The notes below the pieces were generated by a model. The model was not told where the DNA came from. It did not search any database and saw nothing but the letters and a program-made list of their open reading frames with translations. A program made the translations under genes and the position numbers. Shown piece after piece: positions 9,320-19,158 of a DNA stretch of 64,000 bases; positions within the stretch are counted from its first letter, which is position 1, and each line of letters begins with the position of its first letter. The stretch is from Bacteroidia bacterium (GTDB taxonomy: Bacteria; Bacteroidota; Bacteroidia; AKYH767-A; OLB10). Location: positions 3,929-67,928 of the forward strand of contig DAOQTX010000004.1 of the NCBI GenBank assembly GCA_035340715.1. The letters run 5' to 3'.

Positions 9320-11152
9320 TTAATGCATTCCCGCATGATTTGATTCCGGAGTATCTTCAAAAGGAACCGTTTGAGGAATAAAATCTTCTTTAGCTCCAGG
9401 TTTACCATAATCGTAAGGCCAACGATGTACAGTCGGAATAGGGCCTGGCCAGTTACCGTGCAAATGTTCAACCGGTGCTGTCCACTCTAGTGTAGTAGAG
9501 TTCCAAGGGTTCTGTTCAGCTTTCTTACCTTTAAATATACTATAAAAGAAATTGAATGCAAATATCAACTGAGCTAAACCACCAATTATGGCCATTACAG
9601 AGATCAACTCATTGATATTAATAAAAGCATCAAACTCAGCATAGGCTGTATTGGCATAATATCTTCTAGGCACTCCACCCAATCCTAAGAAGTGCATAGG
9701 GAAGAATACACCATAGACACTCACTAAAGTCATCCAAAAATGTGCATAGCCCAGTTTCTTATTCATCATTCTACCAAACATTCGTGGAAACCAATGATAA
9801 ATACCTGCAAACATTCCAAAGATTGCAGAAGCTCCCATCACAATGTGGAAGTGTGCAACCACAAAATAGGTGTCGTGAATATTAATGTCCAGCGCAGAGT
9901 CTCCTAATATGATTCCAGTTAATCCTCCAGATATAAAGAAGGACACCAAACCAACGGCAAATAACATAGCATTGGACAATTTTATATTGGCCCGCCATAG
10001 GGTGGCCAAATAATTAAATACTTTAACAGCAGAGGGAATTGCAACTAAAAGAGTAGTAAACACGAATACCGAGCCTAAAAAAGGATTCATTCCGGTGACA
10101 AACATATGGTGCCCCCAAACAATGAAGGATAGAAATGCAATTACCGCCATAGATAAAACCATCGCCATATAACCAAAGATAGGTTTACGCGCTTGCGTTG
10201 CAATAACCTCCGAGGCCAAACCAAGTGCAGGTAATAAAACGATATACACCTCAGGGTGTCCTAAAAACCAAAATAGATGTTGAAATAAAATAGGACTACC
10301 GCCAACATGTTCTAAAGGAACTCCACCGATAAAAATATCAGACAAATAAAAACTGGTTCCCATACTACGATCGAACACCAAAAGCAATGCAGCGGCAACT
10401 AAAACCGGGAATGATAAAATTCCTAGAATAGCTGTAATGGTAAATGCCCAAATGGTTAGAGGTAAGCGCTTCATGCTTAATCCTTTGGTCCGTAAATTAA
10501 TTACGGTAGTTACGTAGTTTATACCCCCTAGTAAAGCGGATACAATAAATAATACCATAGAAACAAGCCACAAGGTCATTCCCAATCCGGAGCCGGAAAT
10601 GGCTTGGGGCAATGCACTCAATGGAGGATAAATAGTCCAACCACCTGATGCAGGACCTCCTTCAACAAATAGTGACGCTACCATGACTACACTAGAAGCC
10701 AAAAAGAACCAATAGGATAACATATTTAAGAAACCTGAGGCCATATCTCGCGCTCCAACCTGAAGTGGAATCAACAAATTCGAGAATGTACCACTCAAAC
10801 CACCCGTAAGTACAAAAAACACCATAATCGTACCATGAATGGTTACCAAGGCCAAATAGAACCCTGGATCTAATTTTCCATTAGCTCCCCATTTTCCGAT
10901 TATGCTTTCTAAGAATCCAAACTTTTCATCGGGCCAAGCCAATTGCAAACGAAAAATAAGCGACATAAACATGGCTAAAAATCCCATTATGATCGCTGTA
11001 ATGAGAAATTGCTTGGAGATCATTTTGTGATCAGTAGAAAAAACATATTTGTTCCAAAATGTTTCTTTATGGTGGTGATGATGTTCATCGTGACCATGAG
11101 CTTCATGTGTATGCCCATGTTGAACGTTTATATTTTCATTCATTTCCATCAC
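9320..11152 (-). CDS. ctaD: Cytochrome c oxidase subunit I (haem-copper oxidase, aa3-type)
   Basis: The 610-aa product has 12 predicted TM helices and conserved haem/CuB His ligands (HPEVYIVLLPA, HHMFVTG, VAHFHIVM). Its N-terminal ~30 aa is unusually His-rich. Confidence 0.9.
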   Translation of the reverse strand: MMEMNENINVQHGHTHEAHGHDEHHHHHKETFWNKYVFSTDHKMISKQFLITAIIMGFLAMFMSLIFRLQLAWPDEKFGFLESIIGKWGANGKLDPGFYLALVTIHGTIMVFFVLTGGLSGTFSNLLIPLQVGARDMASGFLNMLSYWFFLASSVVMVASLFVEGGPASGGWTIYPPLSALPQAISGSGLGMTLWLVSMVLFIVSALLGGINYVTTVINLRTKGLSMKRLPLTIWAFTITAILGILSFPVLVAAALLLVFDRSMGTSFYLSDIFIGGVPLEHVGGSPILFQHLFWFLGHPEVYIVLLPALGLASEVIATQARKPIFGYMAMVLSMAVIAFLSFIVWGHHMFVTGMNPFLGSVFVFTTLLVAIPSAVKVFNYLATLWRANIKLSNAMLFAVGLVSFFISGGLTGIILGDSALDINIHDTYFVVAHFHIVMGASAIFGMFAGIYHWFPRMFGRMMNKKLGYAHFWMTLVSVYGVFFPMHFLGLGGVPRRYYANTAYAEFDAFININELISVMAIIGGLAQLIFAFNFFYSIFKGKKAEQNPWNSTTLEWTAPVEHLHGNWPGPIPTVHRWPYDYGKPGAKEDFIPQTVPFEDTPESNHAGMH

Positions 11153-11204
11153 TTTTCCTTTTATTCTTTATTTATCGGTTTAAATTATCTTTTATAAAAA
11201 CTGC

Positions 11205-12227
11205 TTATGGCAATAATGAATTTTGCACATTGCCATTAGTGTTTACATGGGCAGTGGTTGTACTAATCGTTTCACCCAATTGCTTTCCCCCTTGTATCCA
11301 TTGCTTAAACTCTTCTTTGCTGACTACAACTACTTTCATTTTCATATTGTAATGTGCAACCCCACAAATTTTATTACATAATAATATATAATCAAATTCC
11401 GGCTTTCCGGTAATCTCTCTCATTTGTGCAGTTGTAATAGTAGGTTTAAAATAGAAATTGGTCGTCATCCCAGGCACACAATTCATTTGCGCTCTAAAAT
11501 GTGGAAAGTATGCACTATGGATTACATCTCTCGAGTTGAATTCCATCATTACCGGTTGATCAACTGGTAAATAAATCTCTTTCATGACAATATCATCAGC
11601 TGATGCTTTGTCATTCATATCAACTCCTAATTCATTGTCATCTGCAATCATTCTAAAGCTGGAGGCACCTAATTTATTGTCTTTACCTGAGTAACGTGCT
11701 GTCCAATCAAATTGCTTTCCATACACTTGAATAACCATTCCGTCTGATCGATCACCCATAGTAACCTCATTCCATACGCGCAAACCTGTAACAATCAATA
11801 CCATTAGTACAATGGCCGGAATAACAGTCCAAATGATTTCTAGTTTGTTGTTATGCGGAAAATAATATGCCTTTTCTCCCGGACGATATTGGTATTTCCA
11901 AACAAAATAAAACAGAGCAATCTGAGTAATGACAAATACTACCCCTATGATGGCAAAGTTGATCCAAAGTAAATTATCAATCTTTACTCCATGTTCGGAG
12001 GCAGCAACAGGAAGAATAAACTTTGAATAGCGTAATGTCATGTAACCGATAGCTACTAAACCAACGATCATGAGAACAAAACTTAAAAAGCTATTAATCT
12101 TATTGTCGCGCAAAACTTCAGCTTCCTCATCTTCGCCCGCCAATTGAGCAGAGAGTTGAGAAATGTTCATCAACCGAACTAGAATAAGAGTCGTGAATAC
12201 GGTAATTAATATGAGTATTAGATTCAT
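11205..12227 (-). CDS. coxB: Cytochrome c oxidase subunit II (CuA), lacking a fused cytochrome c domain
   Basis: The 340-aa product has two N-terminal TM helices and the CuA motif H...CNKICGVAHYNMKM. There is no CxxCH motif in the C-terminus. Confidence 0.85.
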   Translation of the reverse strand: MNLILILITVFTTLILVRLMNISQLSAQLAGEDEEAEVLRDNKINSFLSFVLMIVGLVAIGYMTLRYSKFILPVAASEHGVKIDNLLWINFAIIGVVFVITQIALFYFVWKYQYRPGEKAYYFPHNNKLEIIWTVIPAIVLMVLIVTGLRVWNEVTMGDRSDGMVIQVYGKQFDWTARYSGKDNKLGASSFRMIADDNELGVDMNDKASADDIVMKEIYLPVDQPVMMEFNSRDVIHSAYFPHFRAQMNCVPGMTTNFYFKPTITTAQMREITGKPEFDYILLCNKICGVAHYNMKMKVVVVSKEEFKQWIQGGKQLGETISTTTAHVNTNGNVQNSLLP

Positions 12228-12242
12228 TTCGTCTGTTACTGT

Positions 12243-13451
12243 TTAAATAGAATGATGTAAACTTTCTTGCATAAACGGATCTTGCTTAGGCATCAGAGAG
12301 GCTTTAGCTAAATGTATTTTAGTGACATACAAGAATGCTCCTAAAAATCCCAACATAGTCCCAATCTCCATCCATCCAAAATGCCAGTGATGTCCAACTA
12401 CTCCAGGTGTAACCATTATGAACACGTCTAACCAATGTCCGAAAATCAATACAACTCCAACCACCGTCATCAATCCGGCTTTTCTTTTCGCATCACGTGA
12501 CATGAACATTAAAAAAGGGAAAATGAAATTTATAAAGAACAATGCTAAGAAAGGAACTCGATAATGCTCAAATCGTGTTTGGAAGTAAGTTATCTCTTCA
12601 GGAATATTGGAATACCAGATAAGCATAAATTGTGAAAACCATAAGTAGGTCCAAAATATTGAAAAGGCAAACATAAATTTACCCACATCATGCATTACAT
12701 GTTCATTTACATGCGTCATTAATCCGCGACTTTTTAAATAAACAATGAACAATGCCATCATGCTCAATGCACTAATAAATATACCTGCAAAAGTATACCA
12801 TCCAAAAAGGGTACTGAACCAATGCGTATCAATAGACATGATAAAATCCCATGCACTGGTAGAAGATGTGATGGCAAACAAAACTAAAAACGTAATACCA
12901 TAGCGATGATTCTTTTTGTAATGTTCCAATCCTCCTTCAATATCTTCCAGCATACTATGCTTACGTAATACTTTAGTAAACCATACCCAAATAACAAAGT
13001 ATAAGACCATTCGAATAACAAAAAATGGAGTATTTAAGTAACCCGACTTTCCATCAATAATGGAATCGTAATGCTCAGATGCAGGATCGTATAAATCATG
13101 GTGTGTCCAATGATATAAATGATGTCCTCCGGCCAAGAAAATAACTATCATTATTATTCCAGAGAATAATAAAAACTGACCCATGGCTTCTGGCACTCTT
13201 CGAATACCAACAGACCAACCGGCTTCAGCGGCATATTGAACGGCTACAAAAAAAGTCGCTCCCAGCGCTATAGCCATAAAGAAGAAATTATTCAGTAAAA
13301 GATTGGTCCACGCCTGATGCGATCCAGTCATAAAACTTGCTGCAATTGAAACAGCTCCTATAACCATCAAGACTATGGCAATCAATTTCTCTCGCTGAGT
13401 GAAAGTGTAACTGTTGTTTGATATTTCAGTGTGTCCGTGTTCCATAATCAA
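12243..13451 (-). CDS. actF: Alternative complex III subunit ActF (NrfD-like integral membrane subunit)
   Basis: The 402-aa product is polytopic and is the last ACIII gene before coxB. It overlaps actE by 4 nt. Confidence 0.7.
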   Translation of the reverse strand: MIMEHGHTEISNNSYTFTQREKLIAIVLMVIGAVSIAASFMTGSHQAWTNLLLNNFFFMAIALGATFFVAVQYAAEAGWSVGIRRVPEAMGQFLLFSGIIMIVIFLAGGHHLYHWTHHDLYDPASEHYDSIIDGKSGYLNTPFFVIRMVLYFVIWVWFTKVLRKHSMLEDIEGGLEHYKKNHRYGITFLVLFAITSSTSAWDFIMSIDTHWFSTLFGWYTFAGIFISALSMMALFIVYLKSRGLMTHVNEHVMHDVGKFMFAFSIFWTYLWFSQFMLIWYSNIPEEITYFQTRFEHYRVPFLALFFINFIFPFLMFMSRDAKRKAGLMTVVGVVLIFGHWLDVFIMVTPGVVGHHWHFGWMEIGTMLGFLGAFLYVTKIHLAKASLMPKQDPFMQESLHHSI

Positions 13452-14116
13452 TTCGTAACATTTGTATTGGTAGAATCTGTATTCGCTACTTCTTCTTCAG
13501 TTTCAGTAATGGTACCTGCTTTTTGCAATTCCATAACCCATGCTGTTATTTTCCAACGCTCTTCATAATTAACTTGAGAAGCATGTGGCCCCATCATATT
13601 CAACCCATAGGTAATGGTATGAAATATTTTTCCAGCTGATAAGTCTTTTATTGCTCCTCCTCTGGAAGAATTTCCTGATGAATAGGAAGGAGGTGCAGGA
13701 AACTTTCCAGTTGCAATTAATGAACCATCTCCATTTCCTGTTTCGCCATGACAATGCATACAATATATGCCATAAAGTTTTTTGCCTTCCGATAAATACT
13801 CTGGAGATATTTCTGTCGCAACAGTTTTAATATCATTTCCAGCCGCTTCATAACCTTCTGTTGTCCCTGCATAAGGGAAATATTGTGATTTTCCTCTGGC
13901 CACTGTTCCTTCAACAGGATTTCGAGATGCTAGACTGTCAGAGAACAATGTATTTTCTCCATAGGTTTCATATGATGGAGACGTGTACATATCAGGCATA
14001 AAAACATAGCCTGGATCATCTTTATCGGCTTTGCATGCAGATAGTAATGTAATGACTGCTATAAAAGCTATACTTAATTTACTATACAGATGTATGTGAT
14101 ATTTCATAATACTCAT
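13448..14116 (-). CDS. actE: Alternative complex III subunit ActE (monohaem cytochrome c lipoprotein)
   Basis: The 222-aa product has a lipoprotein signal (LLSAC) and a single CMHCHG haem-binding motif. Its position between actD and actF matches the ACIII gene order. Confidence 0.7.
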   Translation of the reverse strand: MSIMKYHIHLYSKLSIAFIAVITLLSACKADKDDPGYVFMPDMYTSPSYETYGENTLFSDSLASRNPVEGTVARGKSQYFPYAGTTEGYEAAGNDIKTVATEISPEYLSEGKKLYGIYCMHCHGETGNGDGSLIATGKFPAPPSYSSGNSSRGGAIKDLSAGKIFHTITYGLNMMGPHASQVNYEERWKITAWVMELQKAGTITETEEEVANTDSTNTNVTN

Positions 14117-14125
14117 TCAGTTCTA

Positions 14126-14641
14126 TTATTTTACTTCTACAGCTCCATTCGATTTAAGAATTTCGGATAATGCAGCTGCGTCTTGTTTTCCATGCAACTC
14201 AACTTCCAATACCATTCTATCATCTGATTGTCTTAGATCTATGATTCTGGGCTCAACACCAGGCAACACTTTACATCTAAATAGAAAAGTGATGAACATG
14301 CCATGTGCTGCACACAATACGGTGCTTTCAAAGGTAACCGGTATAAAGGCAGGGAGATTTTTGTAGAGCGCAAAGCTTGGTTTTCCTCCTATGTCCATTG
14401 GCCAGTCAAAAATATTCATATACCACATCATCAATAACGCCAATGAAGTTCCGGTAATACCAAACATGAAAGCGACAATTGAGATGCGTGTTCTCTTCAA
14501 ACCCATTGCTTGATCCAACCCGTGTACAGGAAAAGGAGATATGGCATCAACAATATGGTATCCTTTTTCTCTAACAGCAGAAACCGCTTTGAGCAAATGC
14601 TCATCGTCTTCAAATATTCCAAATACAGATTTACTACTCAT
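14126..14641 (-). CDS. actD: Alternative complex III subunit ActD (DUF3341-like)
   Basis: The 171-aa product has one TM segment. It overlaps actC by 8 nt. Confidence 0.65.
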   Translation of the reverse strand: MSSKSVFGIFEDDEHLLKAVSAVREKGYHIVDAISPFPVHGLDQAMGLKRTRISIVAFMFGITGTSLALLMMWYMNIFDWPMDIGGKPSFALYKNLPAFIPVTFESTVLCAAHGMFITFLFRCKVLPGVEPRIIDLRQSDDRMVLEVELHGKQDAAALSEILKSNGAVEVK

Positions 14642-16016
14642 GATGATCTTTATTTTCTTTTGCTTGAGAACTTGAAGATTTAACTATAGTTTTCAATTCA
14701 CTCAGAGCTATAACTGGACAAAACTTTGCAAACAATAAAAAACAGGTAAAAAACAAACCTATTGATCCCAGAAATATTCCTATTTCAACCCAAGTTGGGT
14801 AATACATGGTCCAACTGCTTGGAATATAATCGCGATGCAAAGAGGTAACGATAATTACAAATCGTTCGAACCACATACCAATATTCACGAATATACTGAT
14901 GATAAAAGTAGCTGTAACACTGGTTCTCAATTTGCTACTCCAAAACAATTGAGGAGTAATTACATTACAAGTCATCATACTCCAATAAGCCCACCAATAT
15001 GGTCCAAATGCTCGATTGATAAACGCATATCCTTCGTATTCTACTCCCGAGTACCAGGCTATAAAAAACTCCGTCATATACGCTACCCCAACAATGGAAC
15101 CAGTAAGAAGAATAATTCTGTTCATCATATCGATATGATAGATGGTAATATAATCTTCGAGTTGAAGTACTTTTCTTGTAATGATCATTAAGGTTTGCAC
15201 CATGGCAAATCCCGAAAAGATAGCACCGGCAACGAAGTAAGGTGGAAATATAGTAGTATGCCAACCTGGTATAACCGAAGTTGCAAAGTCCATCGAAACC
15301 ACCGAGTGTACACTTAACACCAGTGGAGTTGAAAGACCGGCTAAGACCAATGACATTTCTTCAAATCGCTGCCAATTTTTAGCGGTTCCTACCCATCCAA
15401 AACTCAATATGGTATAAACTATTTTTCTGGTTTTAGTTTTTGCTCTGTCACGAATAGCTGCAAAATCAGGAATCAGACCTGAATACCAGAATACAAGAGA
15501 TACAGTAAAGTAAGTCGAGATTGCAAATACATCCCAAACCAAAGGAGAATTAAAATTCACCCACAAAGAACCAAATTGATTGGCTAAAGGTAAAGGCCAA
15601 TAGGCAACCCATGGGCGACCCATGTGAGAAACAATAAACGAAGCCGCACAAATTACAGCGAATATAGTCATCGCCTCTGCCGCACGGTTAATACTCAAGC
15701 GCCACTTTTGTCTGAATAATAATAAGATTGCTGAGATTAGAGTACCGGCATGACCAATACCAACCCACCAAACGAAATTGGTTATATCCCAAGCCCAACC
15801 AACCGTTTTATTTAGACCCCAAACTCCAATTCCTGTTCCAACGGTATATGCCACAACGGCAACCCAATACAAAAACAAACTGAATGCGGCAATGAATGCG
15901 ATCCACCACCACTTCGATGGCTTTGCTTCAACAGGGCGACAGACATCTTCTGTGATCTGATGATAATCTTTATCACCCAGTATTAGAGGTAATCGTATTT
16001 CTGATTCGTGATGCAT
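14634..16016 (-). CDS. actC: Alternative complex III subunit ActC (NrfD/PsrC-type quinol-interacting membrane subunit)
   Basis: The 460-aa product is polytopic with about 10 TM helices and follows actB. Confidence 0.8.
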   Translation of the reverse strand: MHHESEIRLPLILGDKDYHQITEDVCRPVEAKPSKWWWIAFIAAFSLFLYWVAVVAYTVGTGIGVWGLNKTVGWAWDITNFVWWVGIGHAGTLISAILLLFRQKWRLSINRAAEAMTIFAVICAASFIVSHMGRPWVAYWPLPLANQFGSLWVNFNSPLVWDVFAISTYFTVSLVFWYSGLIPDFAAIRDRAKTKTRKIVYTILSFGWVGTAKNWQRFEEMSLVLAGLSTPLVLSVHSVVSMDFATSVIPGWHTTIFPPYFVAGAIFSGFAMVQTLMIITRKVLQLEDYITIYHIDMMNRIILLTGSIVGVAYMTEFFIAWYSGVEYEGYAFINRAFGPYWWAYWSMMTCNVITPQLFWSSKLRTSVTATFIISIFVNIGMWFERFVIIVTSLHRDYIPSSWTMYYPTWVEIGIFLGSIGLFFTCFLLFAKFCPVIALSELKTIVKSSSSQAKENKDHHE

Positions 16017-16043
16017 ATATTCCTAAGTTCTATTCTTTAATTA

Positions 16044-19000
16044 TTATGACTCCAACCCGTTTCGGTTTCTAACTTTAGTTTGATAAAATATGGATGGTTG
16101 AACATTTAATTCTTCTAAAACAAAATAATGACGTGGATCTTCTTTCGCTTTAGCTACAGCACTATTGCTATCGTTTGCGTCACCAAATGTAATGGCTTTA
16201 GTAGGGCACGATTGTGAACAGGCCGTTTGAATTTCTCCATCCTTAACCATACGACTCGATTTCTTTGCCTCCAACTTACCATATTGAATTCGTTGAACAC
16301 ACATGGTACATTTTTCCATCACCCCTCTTGATCGTACCACTACATCAGGATTCAACACCATTCGTCCCATAGGATCGTTCATGTTAAAATCGAACTCTGC
16401 ATTTTCCGAATATTTAAACCAGTTGAATCGTCTAACTTTATATGGACAGTTATTCGCACAGTAACGCGTACCAACGCAACGGTTATAAGCCATCATGTTT
16501 AAGCCTTCGGCACTATGTGTAGTTGCTGCAACCGGACAAACTGTTTCGCAAGGAGCATGATTACAGTGCTGACATAACATGGGTTGAAATACAACCGAAG
16601 GATTTTCCGATTCTGGAATTTCCATGGCTTCGTACATATCAATTTTACCAATACCTTCCACCTTAGCTTTTTCTTTGGTCATTTCGCTGCTATAGTAGCG
16701 GTCTATTCTGATCCAATGCATTTCTCTGCTGGTCATCACTTCTTGCTTTCCAACGACAGGCACATTATTTTCTGCCTGACATGCTATAACGCACGCACCA
16801 CAACCAATACAAGCATTGAGGTCAATACTCATATTCCAAAAATGATTAGGTTTTGGATGACCGGGATGTTTTTCGGTTGCCCACAAATCTAATTCTTCAG
16901 GAGTTTTCTTCCCTTCGTGTGTAGCCAATAACATGGCCGGATTACCTGACTTTGGGTCTTTCAAATAAGCATCCAAATTGGTTTCCTTCACCATGTTTCT
17001 TCCCATAAGGGTATGATGCGTTTGGGTCGATGCTAAAGCATAGGTTTCTCCTGTGTTTGATGCGTTTACTGCTCCAATAAAATATTGTAAAGCTCCATTG
17101 GTGAAAGAAGTTAATGTATATGCGTTAGCACCTAATTGATCAGCCGTTTTACCTGCTTTGCTTCTGCCATATCCTAATGCAATACTTACCGTACCTGAAG
17201 CCTGACCGGGTTGTATAAAAACAGGTGCTTTTATGCTTTTCTGTCCGGCTGATAATTCAATAATATCGCCTTGTTTCCAATTTTGCTCTGTGGCAAATGC
17301 TGGAGAAACACTTATATAATTATCCCAACAGATTTTAGAAATTGGATCCGGTAATTCTTGCAGCCATGGATTATTTGCATGTTGCCCGTTGCCAATTCCT
17401 GTTTTTTCGTACAACACTACTTCTAAACCATTGGATTTCATATTGGCACACTTTGCAGCGGCATCATCTATGTTTCCACTAAAATTCAATTCACTTGAAG
17501 CTGAAGCATTAGAATAGACCCCTTTTTCTAAGCAATCATTCCAGAAGGCATCGGCACTACTGATTGTATTTTGCTTCGCATAAATCTGTTCTGTCCAATT
17601 TTGTTTAACAAAACCCATATAATCCATATCACCTTGACCAGCCCAAACCAATAAAGAATGTGGAGCTTGTCTTGTGTTGTATAAAGGATTGATGGTTGGC
17701 TGACACAGTGAGTATGAGCCGTTATAGGCTTCATGATCGTTCCACGATTCAAGGTAATGTGAGTCGGGACAGGTATAGTCACACAAAGATGATGTTTCAC
17801 AATGCTTTGAGCTTAATGAAACTTTGAGTGGTGCTTTAGAAAGAGCTTGTTCGAATCCGGGTAGTGTATACACCGGATTTACATTATAAAATATTATTGC
17901 ACCAATATTACCTGCATTTAAATCGCTCAATAGTTTCTCTACTGCAGCGTCATCACTGTTTCTAAATTTTGTTGGGTTTGAAGTAAAAATGGTATTTCCA
18001 TAAGATCCTAGCAATTGGTTAATTCCATTCACCATACTTTGAATCGAAGGATCGTTTGATCCACATACCACAATGGCTTTGCCTTTTGCTTTACTAACAT
18101 CTTGTGCTATTTGCGATAATGCCTTATCAATTCGGCTACTTACCGATTGTACCGTTTGTCCACCATTCAATGCAGCTACTTTGTTGTAAAGTGAAACCAC
18201 AATAGAGCCCATTTCAGAAGGCTTAACCGGGTATCTATGGTCGGCATTCGAGCCACTAAGACTTAAAGCTGATTCAATTTGGTAATGTCTTGATATATTT
18301 TTCTGACCATCGTTTAATTTCCGTGTAGCAGCATACTGTGCAGCATGTTCAATTGGAGATACCCAATTGGCTAAAAAGTCGGCATCGATACTTACAATAA
18401 CGTCCGCTTTGTCGAAAGCATAAGACGGTACCATTGCAGCACCAAAAGTATCCAAATGTGCTTTACGAATACCATAATAAGAGACAGCATCATAAACTAC
18501 ATGATTGGTATTGCTATACGCGCTTTTAAACAAACTTATAGCTTTATCTACAGAAGGACTGCATAGCGAAGAAGTCATCAAAGCAATTTGCTTTCCTGAG
18601 TTGTTTATTTCACTTAATTTTTTCTGAAGCTCAGCGTCTAATGCATTCCACTCTATTGATTTTCCATCTTTGGAAACTGGTCCTTGCAAACGATTTCCGT
18701 CATACAAATCTAAAACCGAAGCTTGAACACGAGCATTTACTCCACCTTTTGTGATAGGACTTAATTCGTTTCCTTCTATTTTAATAGGTCTGCCTTCTCG
18801 GGTTTTTACTACAATACTGCAATAATCATTTCCGTCAAAATAAGTACTTGCGTACCAATTGGGCACACCTGGAATAATTTCTTCAGGCTTAACTAAATAA
18901 GGAATACTCTTGCGAACCGGTGCTTCACATGCCGCTATTGAAGCCGCAGCGACACCAAATCCTAAATATTTTAAAAAGTCTCTTCTGCTGGTTGATTCAT

Positions 19001-19130
19001 CCGATTCACTCTTGTTACCTAATATCTCATCGACCGGTATTTCAGTTTGAAATTCTTTATCTCTTTGTTCAATAAAAGAAGGTTCAGCATTGAGTTCTTC
19101 TACACCTTTCCAGTAAACTTTATTATTCAT
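16044..19130 (-). CDS. actB: Alternative complex III subunit ActB (molybdopterin-oxidoreductase-like plus 4Fe-4S ferredoxin domains)
   Basis: The 1028-aa product carries a Tat signal (SRRDFLKYLGFGVAAA). Its C-terminal third has multiple Cys clusters (CIGCGACVIACQAEN, CQHCNHAPCETVCP, CxxCxxxCP). Confidence 0.85.
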   Translation of the reverse strand: MNNKVYWKGVEELNAEPSFIEQRDKEFQTEIPVDEILGNKSESDESTSRRDFLKYLGFGVAAASIAACEAPVRKSIPYLVKPEEIIPGVPNWYASTYFDGNDYCSIVVKTREGRPIKIEGNELSPITKGGVNARVQASVLDLYDGNRLQGPVSKDGKSIEWNALDAELQKKLSEINNSGKQIALMTSSLCSPSVDKAISLFKSAYSNTNHVVYDAVSYYGIRKAHLDTFGAAMVPSYAFDKADVIVSIDADFLANWVSPIEHAAQYAATRKLNDGQKNISRHYQIESALSLSGSNADHRYPVKPSEMGSIVVSLYNKVAALNGGQTVQSVSSRIDKALSQIAQDVSKAKGKAIVVCGSNDPSIQSMVNGINQLLGSYGNTIFTSNPTKFRNSDDAAVEKLLSDLNAGNIGAIIFYNVNPVYTLPGFEQALSKAPLKVSLSSKHCETSSLCDYTCPDSHYLESWNDHEAYNGSYSLCQPTINPLYNTRQAPHSLLVWAGQGDMDYMGFVKQNWTEQIYAKQNTISSADAFWNDCLEKGVYSNASASSELNFSGNIDDAAAKCANMKSNGLEVVLYEKTGIGNGQHANNPWLQELPDPISKICWDNYISVSPAFATEQNWKQGDIIELSAGQKSIKAPVFIQPGQASGTVSIALGYGRSKAGKTADQLGANAYTLTSFTNGALQYFIGAVNASNTGETYALASTQTHHTLMGRNMVKETNLDAYLKDPKSGNPAMLLATHEGKKTPEELDLWATEKHPGHPKPNHFWNMSIDLNACIGCGACVIACQAENNVPVVGKQEVMTSREMHWIRIDRYYSSEMTKEKAKVEGIGKIDMYEAMEIPESENPSVVFQPMLCQHCNHAPCETVCPVAATTHSAEGLNMMAYNRCVGTRYCANNCPYKVRRFNWFKYSENAEFDFNMNDPMGRMVLNPDVVVRSRGVMEKCTMCVQRIQYGKLEAKKSSRMVKDGEIQTACSQSCPTKAITFGDANDSNSAVAKAKEDPRHYFVLEELNVQPSIFYQTKVRNRNGLES

Positions 19131-19158
19131 AGGTATAATTTCAGCTCGTTATATTTTA

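Noticed and set aside
11009-11352. Two overlapping plus-strand ORFs (62 and 97 aa) spanning the ctaD start and the ctaD-coxB gap
   Set aside because: They are antisense to the ctaD N-terminus. The ORFs are hydrophobic-looking only because they mirror a membrane protein gene. There is no independent support for them.
13569-13914. Nested minus-strand ORFs (64 and 65 aa) inside actE
   Set aside because: They are alternative frames of a well-supported cytochrome c gene and too short to stand on their own.
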